The translations under genes were made by a program, and so were the position numbers. Shown here in pieces: positions 25,412-38,131 of a DNA stretch of 60,000 nt. The DNA is from Laetmonice hystrix. Lineage: Eukaryota. Positions within the stretch are counted from its first letter, which is position 1. The number at the start of each line of letters is the position of its first letter. The notes beneath the pieces are model-generated. The model had not been told where the DNA came from. It saw only the letters and a list, made by a program, of their open reading frames with translations, and made no database searches. The stretch spans positions 2,978,001 to 3,038,000 of the forward strand of contig OZ249436.1 of assembly GCA_965235115.1 (NCBI GenBank). Reading direction: 5' to 3'.

Positions 25412-28400
25412 GCCCGGTACCGATACGGTAATAAAGAAATAGCCATCGAGTAACAATCAGACAAAATTAGATGATGAGGTAAGAGTTATTCGGGGCAGGG
25501 CAGGGAATATATCAGTTGTCTGCAGTATTGGACGCAGGGCCATCTTACCGGACGAAATCCATATGATACAGAGCATAATTTACCCGGTATCGCATCGCAA
25601 TTTGCAACCCAATTTCACCCCTTTGCGATTCAAAAACAGTATGATTCGCAATGAATTGCTATTCAAATCCCTTCTGATTATCATTAGCAGTCACTGCGAA
25701 TCAATTCTTCTGAAGTAAATCATATGACAGTTATCTTGGGTCAAAAAGTAGCGTCTTATACTAAGTTATAGATGGTATAGGTCTATATCAATTCATAACC
25801 GTCATTAAATAAGTAAACCTACCTCAGCAACTGACGGGCTGAGTTGGTCAGCTTTTACACTCTGATGCCATGAGAAGAAATTCTAAGGTTGCGTGTTCCA
25901 GGTTAAATTTACCTGAGAATGTGGGTTCTCACCGATAGTGAAATTCCTCTGTATTACAGAATACCCACCCATCCATGATATGTGCTGGTTAAAGCAGCAC
26001 CAACCGGGGCAGTCGGTAGAAAGTGTTCAGATGTAGGCCTAATGTATACAACGCAGATAACTACCAACAGCAAACTCATATTTTTGTGTAAAGTAGGCCT
26101 ACTATTTTACTTATTATCCAGAGATCCCAAGGATAACGTACTCATCCAAGAGTAGGTCTACACAACTTTATAGGACGCAGTACTTTCCACAATTCAGGGA
26201 GGCATTATATTCTGAAAGAGAAACTCGCAGAGTTGGATTTCTTTGCAGTGAATTTTACCAGCCGGTATTTTAAAATGATTCCGAGTCAGTAGTAGTTGGC
26301 AAACCGTACCTAAATGCAAGTGATATGTTTGCTACTGGATTCCGCCTGGCAAGGAATCGTCAGCCTGATGTTTAAAGCCAACACCAGAACTGTTGACTTG
26401 AGACTGCGGCCGCCGACCCCCTTGACATGTCAACTGACATGAGTCCTTTACCCCAGTCGTTAGTAGTCCCGACTGGTCGGCTAGTCGTGAGCAGAGTTTG
26501 ATCAGTCGTGTCTGGCACGGAATGATGCAAACAAGACGGGAGGGCGGGCGATTTTTCTTTTGATTCTTGAAGTGATTTTTGACAAAAATATAAATGTAAA
26601 AAACAAAAACAGATCAAACAGCATGACCTTTGAACGAGCTGCAGACTGCCATCTAGGCCAGGCACGTTTCAATCCTTGGCCCTGTAATCTCGGAGACAAA
26701 CCTACACCAGTCGTAACTGATCTGAGATAAACCAAGAATAACGTTGAGGGATACATTATTTTAAGGCCCATTCTTCAGTGGGATATTATTTATTATCTTC
26801 ATTAAATTAGGCCTCCATCAAAAGCAGTCTTGAAGCCATGAAGGATAGCGTTACGTAACCATAGAGATATGACATTCCGTCATTCCTGGAGTGCTGGGCA
26901 CTGATCAGAACCAGCTGGGAATGTGGAGTGACAGTGAGGAATCATGTCGAGTGAAGATAAGCACGAGGGTGAATACTGACATCTTCCCCTTACCACCCGC
27001 ATCAGGTCAGCACAACTAGTGTTTGTGTAGCCAGATTCCATTATTTGAATGTAACTTGTCCGTGCCCATTCAATGCCAGGTACATCAGCAGCATTGTTTT
27101 TGAGGGACCGTTCCAGAACCACTTTTATTTAAGATGAAGTTTTAACCGGCATTTTGGTCAATACAGGCTTGGAGAAATCATAGAAGAAAGCCACAGTGAC
27201 GATAGAATTGTACATAAAAGTGCATGTCGAAACTCGGCAATGGTGTTGATATTAAAGAGATCGATTTTTTAAAAGCTCATTTTAAAATCTTCATCAGGTG
27301 GTATTTTGAACATCATGTTCACAATTTTTATTTTTGTTGAATCTACATTTTCCGTCATACATTTCTGAAGAAAAGGACAATGTCCGATTTTCTGATTAAA
27401 TGCCACCGTGTCCTCTGTCAGCGGGAATGATGGATAGCATGCCCCACCGGCAGGTATCCTGGTAGCTGTCTAGCCGCAGCTGGATAACTTACATGGTTCT
27501 CCCGTTAGCATCTGCCACTTTTTTTGCTCGATAAAAAAAGAGAGGTATGTTGTAACGGGTATCTCGTGGGCCGTGTTCCCGATCTCTTCTCCAGGGGATC
27601 TCCAGTAACCTGGGACAGTGTAAGTACTCCAGTGTATCTCGAGTTGTCCAGACATACCCGCAGGCGGTCCCCAGGTGTCGCCCCAGAAAAAAAAACACCA
27701 CCCGCCCCGCTACTTCAGGACCGTCTTATAATAGACGATGGGGGAGCTGCCCGTGGGTCTCTTAGCTTGGATTACGGGGACTTGAAGGTCAGACTCAATC
27801 TGTCCGTACTTGAGTTTGAGAGTTAGAGAGTTGAATGAGAGGGTGTCAGCGTCCAGGTCACCATTCATGGTCGGAGTGTTCACGTTCAAGGGGGTCGGAA
27901 TGTTCACGTTCAAGGGGCTTCCATCACGACTTTCAGACATAATTACCTAAATCCTTTAGGGATTTATTGTCTCATTTGATTTTCTGTGGTGTTTGAGGTG
28001 TTGTCTGCCTAGTCGTGCTGTATTAAAGGGGGCCAGTCGTGTGGGATTTTCTGTGGTGTTTGAGGTGTTGTCTGCCTGGTCGTGCGGTATTAAAGGGGGC
28101 CAGTCGTGTAGGTAACCTTCATATAGGCAGTCAATATATTCAAATGTCGCAGTGGACAGTCACATTATTTCTGAATTCAGAAGTCGGCCAAGCGATTCAC
28201 GACGAATCGGAGTGTCCCTGGCCAAAGAAGACTGTAAAGGTACTGGACGAAATTCTCCTTGTTTGACACATTCTGAGGATGACGACATGTAGAAAACAGG
28301 ACCTTGAGTTTGTAAACCTCAGGGGCATTGTGTAAATTCAACGAATATTCAGTGTATCGCCGCCAATACTCATTCACAATACGGGAGTCACAACTGGCGG

Positions 28401-28658
28401 GAGATGGGTCACCCGTCCATAGATGTGGCACAGGTTTCCCTAAGGCTTTCACCCTCTTTCTTTGTTAATTTTGTGAGAATTCTTGGCAGTGGCCATCTAA
28501 ACCAGCAGCTGGTGTTCTGATGTAACCTTACCCGGGGCATGGGATGGGGTGGGGGTGTTTTAGTGGGGCACGGGGCACACAGGTGAATACCCTCCTCAGA
28601 AGGCACCTGTTGAGGTCCCAGGACTGACTCCCGTGAGACGAGGTGCATGGACTGGCTG

Positions 28659-28955
28659 TTGTGACGGTCAGGGGTGGCGCTGGCGAGTGTATGGGTATTG
28701 TGACGGTCAGGGGTGGTGGTGGCGAGTGTATGGGTATTGTGACGGTCAGGGGTGGCGCTGGCGAGTGTATGGGTATTGTGACGGTCAGGAGTGGTGCTGG
28801 CGAGTGTATGGGTATTGTGACGGTCAGGGGTGGCGCTGGCGAGTGTATGGGTATTGTGACGGTCAGGGGTGGTGGTGGCGAGTGTATGGGTATTGTGACG
28901 GTCAGGGGTGGCGCTGGCGAGTGTATGGGTATTGTGACGGTCAGGGGTGGCGCTG
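28659..28955. repeat. Minisatellite, 39-bp unit, ~7.5 copies
   Basis: Unit TGTGACGGTCAGGGGTGGCGCTGGCGAGTGTATGGGTAT. Confidence 0.95.
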
Positions 28956-28965
28956 TCAGTGGGAC

Positions 28966-28976
28966 CATAGTCTATG
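28966..28976. mobile_element. 11-bp P-element-like footprint
   Basis: GTGGGAC|CATAG-T-CTATG|GTGGGAC: 7-bp direct repeats (28959-28965, 28977-28983) around CATAG/CTATG inverted ends. Confidence 0.55.
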
Positions 28977-29106
28977 GTGGGACCGACTCCTGGCCACAGG
29001 TGGGGTTGTGGACAATACCAGCCTGGCCGGCGGGCTGCCTTCACCCCTCGCCACGCGGCACCAACAGGTGTTCAGGACAGACACATGACATGCTCAATTC
29101 TTCCTC

Positions 29107-29226
29107 ATTCACTGTGGTATTTCCAGGACACCTCCTACCCGTCATATTCACTGTGGTATTTCCAGGACACCTCCTACCCGTCATATTCACTGTGGTATTT
29201 CCAGGACACCTCCTACCCGTCATATT
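29107..29226. repeat. 39-bp tandem triplication
   Basis: Unit ATTCACTGTGGTATTTCCAGGACACCTCCTACCCGTCAT. Confidence 0.92.
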
Positions 29227-29378
29227 TTCATAATCTAAACAGAATTTAATCAGTTCGGTTGATATTTTGGGATATAAATCAGAAGTCAGAAACTGAAACT
29301 GAAGGCCATCACTTTTAGTATTAGTGTGTCCAAGGATGCAAGGATGATTCTCTTTTTGTAATTGAGTAATAAATATTT

Positions 29379-29732
29379 CTCCATCATTGAGAAAGGACGA
29401 AGGGGGCTCGTATATCCTGATAGTATTCCTGGATGACCTGTGAACGAGTTTTTATGAGGGACAGTCAGCTGCGCTGCCAGGGACAGGGAAGGGGTTGGCT
29501 TCATCATTGAGAAAGGATTAAGGGGGTTCGTATATCCGGATAGTATTCCTGGATGACCTGTGAACGGGTTTTTATGAGGGACAGTCAGCTGTGCTGCCAG
29601 GGACAGGGAAGGGGTTGGCTCCATCATTGAGAAAGGACGAAGGGGGCTCGTATAACCTGATAGTATTCCTGGATGACCTGTGAACAAGTTTTTATGAGGG
29701 ACAGTCAGCTGCGCTGCCAGGGACAGGGAAGG
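29379..29732. repeat. 120-bp tandem triplication
   Basis: CATCATTGAGAAAGGA recurs at about 29382, 29502 and 29622 with similar intervening sequence. Confidence 0.92.
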
Positions 29733-30080
29733 GTTGGCACCTGCTACCATCCTGACCCACGGGGGTGGCGCCCCTGAAAGCCCCAGGGATGGGTGGCGTG
29801 GAAGTAGGGAGGGTGTAACGGTAAGGGTGTCCAGGAAAGTAGCTCTGAAATCCCCAGGGTGTGTATTGGGGGGTTATTTGTACGGAGGGTGTTTAGGGTA
29901 ACGGGCCCTGCCATGGCACCTGTACGTTTGGAGTGTGAAGGCAGTTAATCTGGGCCACACCAGGGGCGGGGCCAATTCCCCGCCATTCAATCCACAACAA
30001 TATGAACCAAGCTCACCGCCAAGGAAAGGACAAGGTCGCGCCTGGGGTTTCTGGTCCACAATGGACGGTTAACCAAGTAA

Positions 30081-30402
30081 CAGTTTGAAAACTTGCTGAA
30101 ACTGAAGCAGGACTTGCTAACATCAGCAGTCTGAAAACTTGCTGAAACTGAAGCAGGACTTGCTAACATCAGCAGTCGGAAAACTTGGTGAAACTGAAGT
30201 AGGACTTGCTAACATCAGCAGTCTGAAAACTTGGTGAAGTTGAAGCAGGACTTGTTAATATCAGCAGTTTGAAAACTTGGTAAAACTGAAGTAGGACTTG
30301 CTAACATCAGCTCAGTCTGAAAAATTGGTGGATTTAAGCTGAAGCCGGACTTGCTGACATCAGCAGTCTGAAAACTTGTTGAAACTGAAGCAGAACTTGT
30401 TA
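30081..30402. repeat. Minisatellite, ~46-bp unit, ~7 diverged copies
   Basis: Unit GAAAACTTGCTGAAACTGAAGCAGGACTTGCTAACATCAGCAGTCT. Confidence 0.9.
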
Positions 30403-30756
30403 AAGGCCCCAGGGGTTTGGTTGCTCTGAGAGAATGGGATATTTACCCTTGTCAGACGACCATTGGAATGTAAGAAAAATATTTTTAAGGGGACAAAAGC
30501 TTCTTTTTGGACCCAATATCAGACTGATAATCTCAGCTGCCACACAAAAATAGCATGAATTTGTTGTTGTTGGTGTTGAGAGCCTTCACAAAGCTGTGCG
30601 TGGTGTGGAGAGGTTTGACAGGGGGAGGACATGTAGAGTGAAGGATCGCCTTGTCTGGCTAGGGTGGTCATTGTTTGAGGTCTTTGTGTCGGGGGGCTGT
30701 AAGGTGGAGGTGTGTGAAGGTAATGGTCAGCACACAGCTAGAGTGGTCAGGATTGG

Positions 30757-31078
30757 CGGGACGCTCTGAACCTCACGGTGGTCAGTGTTTGGTGGGACAC
30801 TCTGAACCTGACGGTGGTCAGTGTTTGGTGGGACACTCTGAACCTGACGGTGGTCAGTGTTTGGTGGGACGCTCTGAACCTCACGGTGGTCAGTGTTTGG
30901 TGTGACGGTCTGACCCTGACGGTGGTCAGTGTTTGGTGTGACGGTCTGACCCTGACGGTGGTCAGTGTTTGGTGGGACGCTCTGAACCTCACGGTGGTCA
31001 GTGTTTGATGGGACGCTCTGAACCTCACGGTGGTCAGTGTTTGGTGGGACGCCCAGAACCTAACGGTGGTCTGTGTTT
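30757..31078. repeat. Minisatellite, 36-bp unit, ~9 copies
   Basis: Unit GGGACGCTCTGAACCTCACGGTGGTCAGTGTTTGGT. Confidence 0.93.
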
Positions 31079-32036
31079 GATGTTCCAAAAAAGACCTTGA
31101 GTGTTAGAGGAATAGAATTATTAATTCAGATGATTATAGTTTGATATTTTTATTTTAACCCAAGAAATTGATATTGTATTTGTAGGGTTTGTGGATAAGG
31201 TAGCCAGTGGTAGGCCTACAGGTGATACGTTCAGGGAGACGAGGTTTGTCTCCGCCCCAGACGTCGCCCACCTGGGAGAGATGGGTTGGTGAGACAGACA
31301 AAGATTGTGGTGTAGACGGCAGGGGGGGGGGGACCACTGGCATGCCACGAGCGATGACCACAGATAACCGTCACTGGCCTTCCTTATCTGATGCCAGCCG
31401 AGACGGGAACCAGGCCCGACCGTTCGGCAGCTGACCCCGTTTCCCAGCTGACCCGATCTCCAGCTGACCCGATCGCCAGCTGGCGCGACACCAGTGGAGC
31501 GTGAAATTGACCTGTATTGTTGACGTCTTACCAGACAACAACCGCCAATGACCTCAAACGTTGGGCGGTCCGCTCCCCGGTCCGTGGTTAACGTGCACTT
31601 AGCCGAATATTTCAGATGTTTTTTGGCGACGTGTAATTATCAATGATTACAAGTTTATTACAAGTTAAAAAGGTCTCAATGACCTTATTTTCAATGCCTC
31701 ACTTTAACTTTAAAGGGAGAGATTGGCCAAGGTGTGTGTAAGCCTGCCTTAATACCTTAGGTTTCATAGTCTTTAAAACCCTTGGTCAAGTTGCTTGAAC
31801 CTCTGCTGAGGTGACTTCGCGATGGGTGGGGGCGTTAGACCGACGGGAGAACGTGAATGTGTTGTTTGTCCTGAAGGTTTGGATACAGCTCCGTCCTGGG
31901 GGACCTGAGGACCCTCAGGCCATGGCCCCAGTGTGGTTTACAAACGACCTTGATGGATTCAGGAAATCTACATATTCCCTAATTACTCCTAGACCTTTGA
32001 CGAAAAGACATCCAAGCTTTGCCTCATTATACCAAA

Positions 32037-34580
32037 TACCCAGGGGGCCAGCCACCCTTTTTTGGTGAAAACAGACACGGTCTGCTGTAAAAGGTTGTTG
32101 TATATGGTTGGATTCCTTAGACCCTCAGTAATAACTTGTAGGTGGACAACCTTTACAACAAGCTACTGTAACTCCGCAATTCAAGATGGCGTCCAAGATG
32201 GCCACCATATCTTAAAGTCTCCATAATGTCGTCAATTTTTATTGAATTTTCACGTGCAATACCTCGTTTCTATGGTTTTCAGGGTTGGGAAATCCATTTA
32301 TGATGGTTTCAGAGTGATAAAGACTGCAATTCAAGATGGCGTCCAAAATGGCCGCCATATATCATGAAATCTCCATAATGTCATCAATTTTTCTTGAATT
32401 TTCATGTGCAATACCTAGTTTCTATGGTTTTCAGGGTCGGGGAATCCATTTATGATGGTTTCAGAGTGATAGAGACTGCAATTCAAGATGGCGTCCAAGA
32501 TGGCCGCCATATATCACATTAAATCTCCATAATGTCATCAATTTTCATTTCATTTTCATGTGTAATACCTCGTTTCTATGGTTCTCAGGGTCGGGGAATC
32601 CATTTATGATGGTTTCAGAGTGATAAAGACTGCAATTCAAGATGGCATCCAAGATGGCCGCCATATATTAAATTCTCCATAATGTCGTCAATTTTTATTG
32701 AATTTTCATGTGCAATACCTCGTTTCTATGGTTTTCAGGGTTTTGCATGTAGTATAGTGGAATATTGCTTGTCTGTGGTGTTGGCTTCTAAGAACTGGTG
32801 ATGGTATTGGCATTGCAGGTGTGTGAACCAAGATGACTAGCCAGACAGGGAAGAGAGTTGTTGAAGGAGTTGTGTCATTGGAGCGACCAAAGAAAAGGCG
32901 AGAGGATCCACTGACTGTTGACTAGAAGAAGTTGTCATTTGCCAGGCAGAATCACAAAAGGGACTTGTACATGTTACATCAGTAACAAAGCTTCGTGTGG
33001 TGGCAATAGGTGACCTGGGAAGTGTACTGTTTGGGGATTGATCAGCCTTATCTGGTGTTCCAAGACGCTTCCTTTCTGTCAGTATAGCTCTTTTCATTGA
33101 GGTAGAGGTTCCTGCATTTTGCATGCCATTTGGGGGATTTGTCTGTGATCCACGTGTCGTTGGCTATGTGCTCCTGTAGTTTTCTGTAAGTATCCTCCTA
33201 CCGAGCAGTCATGGCCGCATAAGCTTTGTTACTGATGTAACATGTACAAGTCCCTTTTGTGATTCTGCCTGGCAAATGACAACTTCTTCTAGTCAACAGT
33301 CAGTGGATCCTCTCGCCTTTTCTTTGGTCGCTCCAATGACACAACTCCTTCAACAACTCTCTTCCCTGTCTGGCTAGTCATCTTGGTTCACACACCTGCA
33401 ATGCCAATACCATCACCAGCTCTTAGAAGCCAACACCACAGACAAGCAATATTCCACTATACTACATGCATGAGTAAGTGATTGAGTGACTGAGGCAGGG
33501 TGAGTAAATGAGTGATTGAGCGAGGGAGCGAGCCATCTACCACAGACAAGCAAGAGTACACTTGTTCCGGGATTCCCTCAAAGATTTTAGGTGGGCCGCT
33601 TTTGTCACGGGACTATAACTGATTCAAGTCAAAGTCGAACGTAGTAATTGGTACTTAGGCTATGTCTTAATGTTTGTTTTTCATTTACATGGTATAAAGC
33701 ATATATCACTTTGAAATCATCATAAATAGATTCCACAACCCTGAAAACCACAAAAACAAGGTATTACACATGAAAATGAAATGAAAATTGACGACATTAT
33801 GGAGATTTCATGATATATGGTGGCCATCTTGGACGCCATCTTGAATTGCAGTCTTTATCACTCTGAAACCATCATAAATGGATTCCCCGACCCTGAAAAC
33901 CATAGAAACGAGGTACTGCACATGAAAATTCAATAAAAATTGACGACATTATGAAGACTTTAAGATATGGCGGCCATCTTGGACGCCATCTTGAATTGCA
34001 GTCTTTATCACTCTGAAACCATCATAAATGGATTCCCCGACCCTGAGAACCATAGAAACGAGTTATTACACATGAAAATGAAATGAAAATTGACCACATT
34101 ATGGAGATTTCATACTATATGGCGGCCATCTTGGACGCCATCTTGAATTGCAGTATTTATTACTCTGAAACCATCATAAATGGATTCCCCGACACTAAAA
34201 ACCATAGAAACGAGGTATTGCACATAAAAATTCAAGAAAAATTTACGACATTATGGAGACTTTAAGATATGGCGGCCATCTTAGACGCCATCTTGAATTG
34301 CAGTCTTTATTACTCTGAAACCATCATAAATGGATTTCCCGACCCTGAAAACCATAGAGACGAGGTATTGCACATGAAAATTCAATAAAAATTGACGACA
34401 TTGTGGAGAGTTTAAGATATGGCGGCCATCTTGGACGCCATCTTGAATTGCAGAGTTACAGTAGCTTGTTGCAAAGGTTGTCCACCTAGAAGTTATTACT
34501 GAGGGTCTAAGGAATCCAACCATATACAACAACCTTTTACAGCAGACCATGTCTGCTTGACCCCTCTGGCCCCCTGGGTA
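32037..34580. mobile_element. Non-autonomous foldback DNA transposon, Academ-like (second family)
   Basis: Termini TACCCAGGGGGCCA (32037) and TGGCCCCCTGGGTA (34580), flanked by AAA on both sides. Inverted arms about 32037-32741 and 33715-34580 carry about 4 and 5 copies of a ~152-bp unit with TTCAAGATGGCGTCCAAGATGGCCGCC. Confidence 0.85.
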
Positions 34581-34936
34581 AAAGTGAAAGATTTGCTGAA
34601 TACATTATTTCTCAATGCAAGTAATTCAAATAGATTTCGACCAGAGTTTACATGGTGAGTCACTATTGGAAAAGGTCATAAAATAAACATTTAGAACAAA
34701 AGTTTTCATGATGTTATAAAACTGACGAATGGCCTGAAGGTGTAGAGCAGGTACAAACGTTAGTCTGGAGTTAGTGTAGATTGCTATGGTTTGTTTACAT
34801 CCGGGAATCCAGTGTACAAAAAGTTCTTCCACGCTTGCCTCAGGATCGTTGTGGATTACAGTAAAGGTGCGACAAACTCTCCGGACAGTTAGAACCCTTC
34901 TTTCAGTGCATTCTATTGTGCTATTTGTGATCCACC

Positions 34937-35225
34937 TAAAGCTGTGAACACATGTAGCGTTTTTGCGGCAGCGGCAACGATAATGCGGCAATGCGGCAGC
35001 GGCCAAAAAAATCGCCAAAATGAAATCCAGTGAATGTGTACACATGCGTACGGTAACGGCAATACGACTATCCGACTATTTGCCTGGTAGATAGTCGTAT
35101 TGTCGTTACCGTACGCATGTGTACACATTCACTGGATTTCAATTTGGCGATTTTTTTGGCCGCTGCCGCATTGCCACATTATCGTTACCGTTGCCGCAAA
35201 AACGCTACATGTGTTCACAGCTTTA
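34937..35225. mobile_element. Palindromic MITE (PIF/Harbinger-like ends, or TA TSD)
   Basis: Two ~137-bp inverted arms (CTAAAGCTGTGAACACATG...CATGTGTTCACAGCTTTAG) around a 17-nt loop (35073-35089), with few mismatches. Flanks read TAA...TTA, so the TSD is either TA or an imperfect TWA. Confidence 0.8.
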
Positions 35226-36754
35226 GCCTATTTCAGACTGATAAAGGCTGCTCTCCGCTTTAAGTGTGGGAATGAATTTGTTAACAGACCGCGATTTTCA
35301 AAAGCAGGAGTGAGCCTCTCATAGGCCCTTCACTTTCGATGGCTATTATCTTGGTGGGTAGTTGACCACGAGTCGGTTTTACTTGAAGTGTATAAATATC
35401 CTGAGTATTCAGCGTGGAGGAGAGGCAATGAGCGGGAACCGAGTTTTACATCAGGGTCACACAGAGGTTCAGAGCAGGGCAGTCAAGGTCTGTCACAGTG
35501 AGTGAGAGGCGTCAGATATTCGTGTCTGTAGGCTGTCGGAGAGGGATACGGCAGAGTGGGTCACAGAACAAAGTAGACGCATCATTTCTACACGTGGCAT
35601 TAATCCTTCACGGTTATCTGACCTTGACTAATTAACCTCACCCCGTCATTACAATTGAAATCAGTCGTCATGGGCCGGTGTAAAATTGTTGACGCTCTGC
35701 GAATAATGCGTAACTTAATATCCCAGACTGGAGTAGTTAGATCTTCTGTTGTACACAATAACATGTGCTGGCACGAGCAGACAGAGGTAAAATTACAGGT
35801 AGAAGCTCGGACTCCTTCTGTCAACGTTTGTGATCTCTGGATTGTAAAACAACTCTGTCTGAAAGGATGTGGAGATGTTGGAGAACATGGGTCATTTAGA
35901 AAAAGGTTTTTTAAAACAGGTGGCCAATTTGAGGCAGTAATGTCCGTCCTCAGGGACCATTATAGTGTAAACGATTAACGAGACAGAAGGAACCGGCGGT
36001 GACTGCAATGTGGTATAGTAATAATATCAAGTTTAGTTATTCAGCCGGAGAGAGAGTGTAGGTGCCTGGAATATTATCCTAAAATCACCACAATATCATA
36101 TCTGAAGGAATTAGATTTAGGAGTGGGTGCTGTTGGTTGAGTTTCATTGTAAGAAGCTGGCCCATAATCTCGCAGGATACGAGAAATGTATAATTTTATC
36201 CCAAGAAACTTGTTGTACTTTAATGCAACATTCCTGGACAATGACACAGGACAGGGGAGAGTAATTGACTAATTAGTGAGCAGAACATGACCCGCTGGTT
36301 GTCTGACTGCATGTCGTCCTGCTTCACGTGGTGAAGAACCCCACCTGGTGAGCGATTACACAACCACCACCGGAAGTAGAGAGAAAAAGGGGAAATTACG
36401 TGACATGTGCATCTGTGCATCTCATCACTAACAAATGTTTGAACTTTGGAGAATTAAAATATACCAGTGTACCTAGGAAAAACAATGAAAAGGCATTTGT
36501 ACAAGAGAAACTTATACTTATCATTAAATTTTTATCACAAACTTTTGATAATGCTGCCTTGTCGTTTGAAAATCTTATAGATCACATACTACAGTTTTAA
36601 GAACCATTTTGTAGGGACCTTCGAAGTTTTTGCAGGACCTGACAAAAGTCAAAAAGGATGATATATGAATTGATGCTGTGAAAGTCCAGTAAATCTGTAG
36701 AACGTATGATAATTTCTACAAATATTGACGGTATTTATATGTTGACTGTTTCAG

Positions 36755-36994
36755 GTGAGATCAACCCTCTCGACATGGCGGTGGTACAGCAGACTCAGTT
36801 CACTCCGCTACCTGAGGCCCTCTGTCTGATCATCCGTGAACTAAACCACGCCCATTCTCCAGCCACCCTAGACCGGGTACAGGAACGGCTCCATGACCGG
36901 TACCGTGGGATGCAGAAACCATCGGAGGAGATCGTGTACGAGACGTTGGGGAGTCTGCTCAAGGAACGCAAGATCTACCACACCGGGAACTCCA
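36755..36994 (+). CDS. STOX1/2: Storkhead-box protein, coding exon 2 (winged-helix storkhead domain)
   Basis: Acceptor TTTCAG| at 36754, phase 1, matching exon 1. Translation GEINPLDMAVVQQTQFTPLPEALCLIIRELN...[23 protein letters not shown] matches the STOX core (QSQFVPLGEVLC...[23 protein letters not shown]). The only nearby GT donor is CCA|GTGAGT at 36994/36995, phase 1; the 3' boundary is discussed in findings. Confidence 0.92.
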
Positions 36995-37945
36995 GTGAGT
37001 ATACGAGGGGTTGATATCATGGACGGGGTGCCGTTAAATTCTTACCCGCATTCCCGTAAACAAGAGTTGTTATCGTCAAAAAAATGGCCCAGGTGCATTA
37101 CGATGTAGCAGCAGGTCAGAAATATGCTGATCATTTGGAATAACAAGCTTGTAGAAAATAAGAAGGAAAAGGTAAAAGGACAAAATATATTTACCTCATA
37201 TCCCTGAAATTAACTACCTATATACGTTATTTTGGGAGGGAGGGGCCTAAATCAAATACCCATCGCATAGTCAAGTTTTACATCAGCAAAATGTCCAAGA
37301 ATGTACACTCCCTGAGGGTTCAAGTGTTCCACAGCATGTACCGTTACCTACAATAATATACTGAGTGAGCTTGTGTATTAAAGCAAGTTAGTCATGTTAA
37401 AACGACCTAACCAGGTAATTCCGGTAATTAGGACAGATAATGGTAATTAGGTCAGGTAGTTGTAATTAGGTCAGGTGTGGTCCAGAAGATTGTGCATGTT
37501 GTCATAATTCATTAACTGAAGCTGGTTGGTTTGACATAAACTGGCCCGCCTGGCCGCCTGAGGCAGGTTAACTGTATTTGACGTGACATGGAGGTCCTTA
37601 CAACCGCTGCCCTCAGTACACATCCTTCATCAAAACGTCTTGTTGTGAGTCTGTATTTATGACTGAGCAGGAAGAGATGTTGCGACCAGTCTGACAATAG
37701 AACCTCAGGCTGTCAGATTTCGGAACATTTTTTTGGTACTATGTTCAGAGGTTTATGTCTGAATGGTAGTCTGATTTTTTACCCAGACTCCATCCATTAT
37801 CGTACAGAGTCTGCAGGCAGCAGCAACTGTTTAATTCTACTTCTCCGGTAAACAACAGCTCCCTCCCTGCCAGAACGAAGGTTTAATGGGGTCGTTTAAT
37901 ACGTCAGATTAGAATTTGGTCTAATTGGACTACCACTTCCTGCAG

Positions 37946-38131
37946 TATGAACCCCATGATTTGTATGAGCCCCATGATTTGTGTGAACCCCATGATTTGT
38001 GTAACCCCCATGATTTGTATGAGCCCCATGATTTGTGTGAACCCCATGATTTGTGTAACCCCCATGATTTGTGTGAGCCCCATGATTTGTGTGAACCCCA
38101 TGATTTGTATGATCCCCATGATTTGCTCCCA
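37946..38131. repeat. 18-bp tandem repeat, ~10 copies
   Basis: Unit GAACCCCATGATTTGTGT and variants. Confidence 0.92.
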
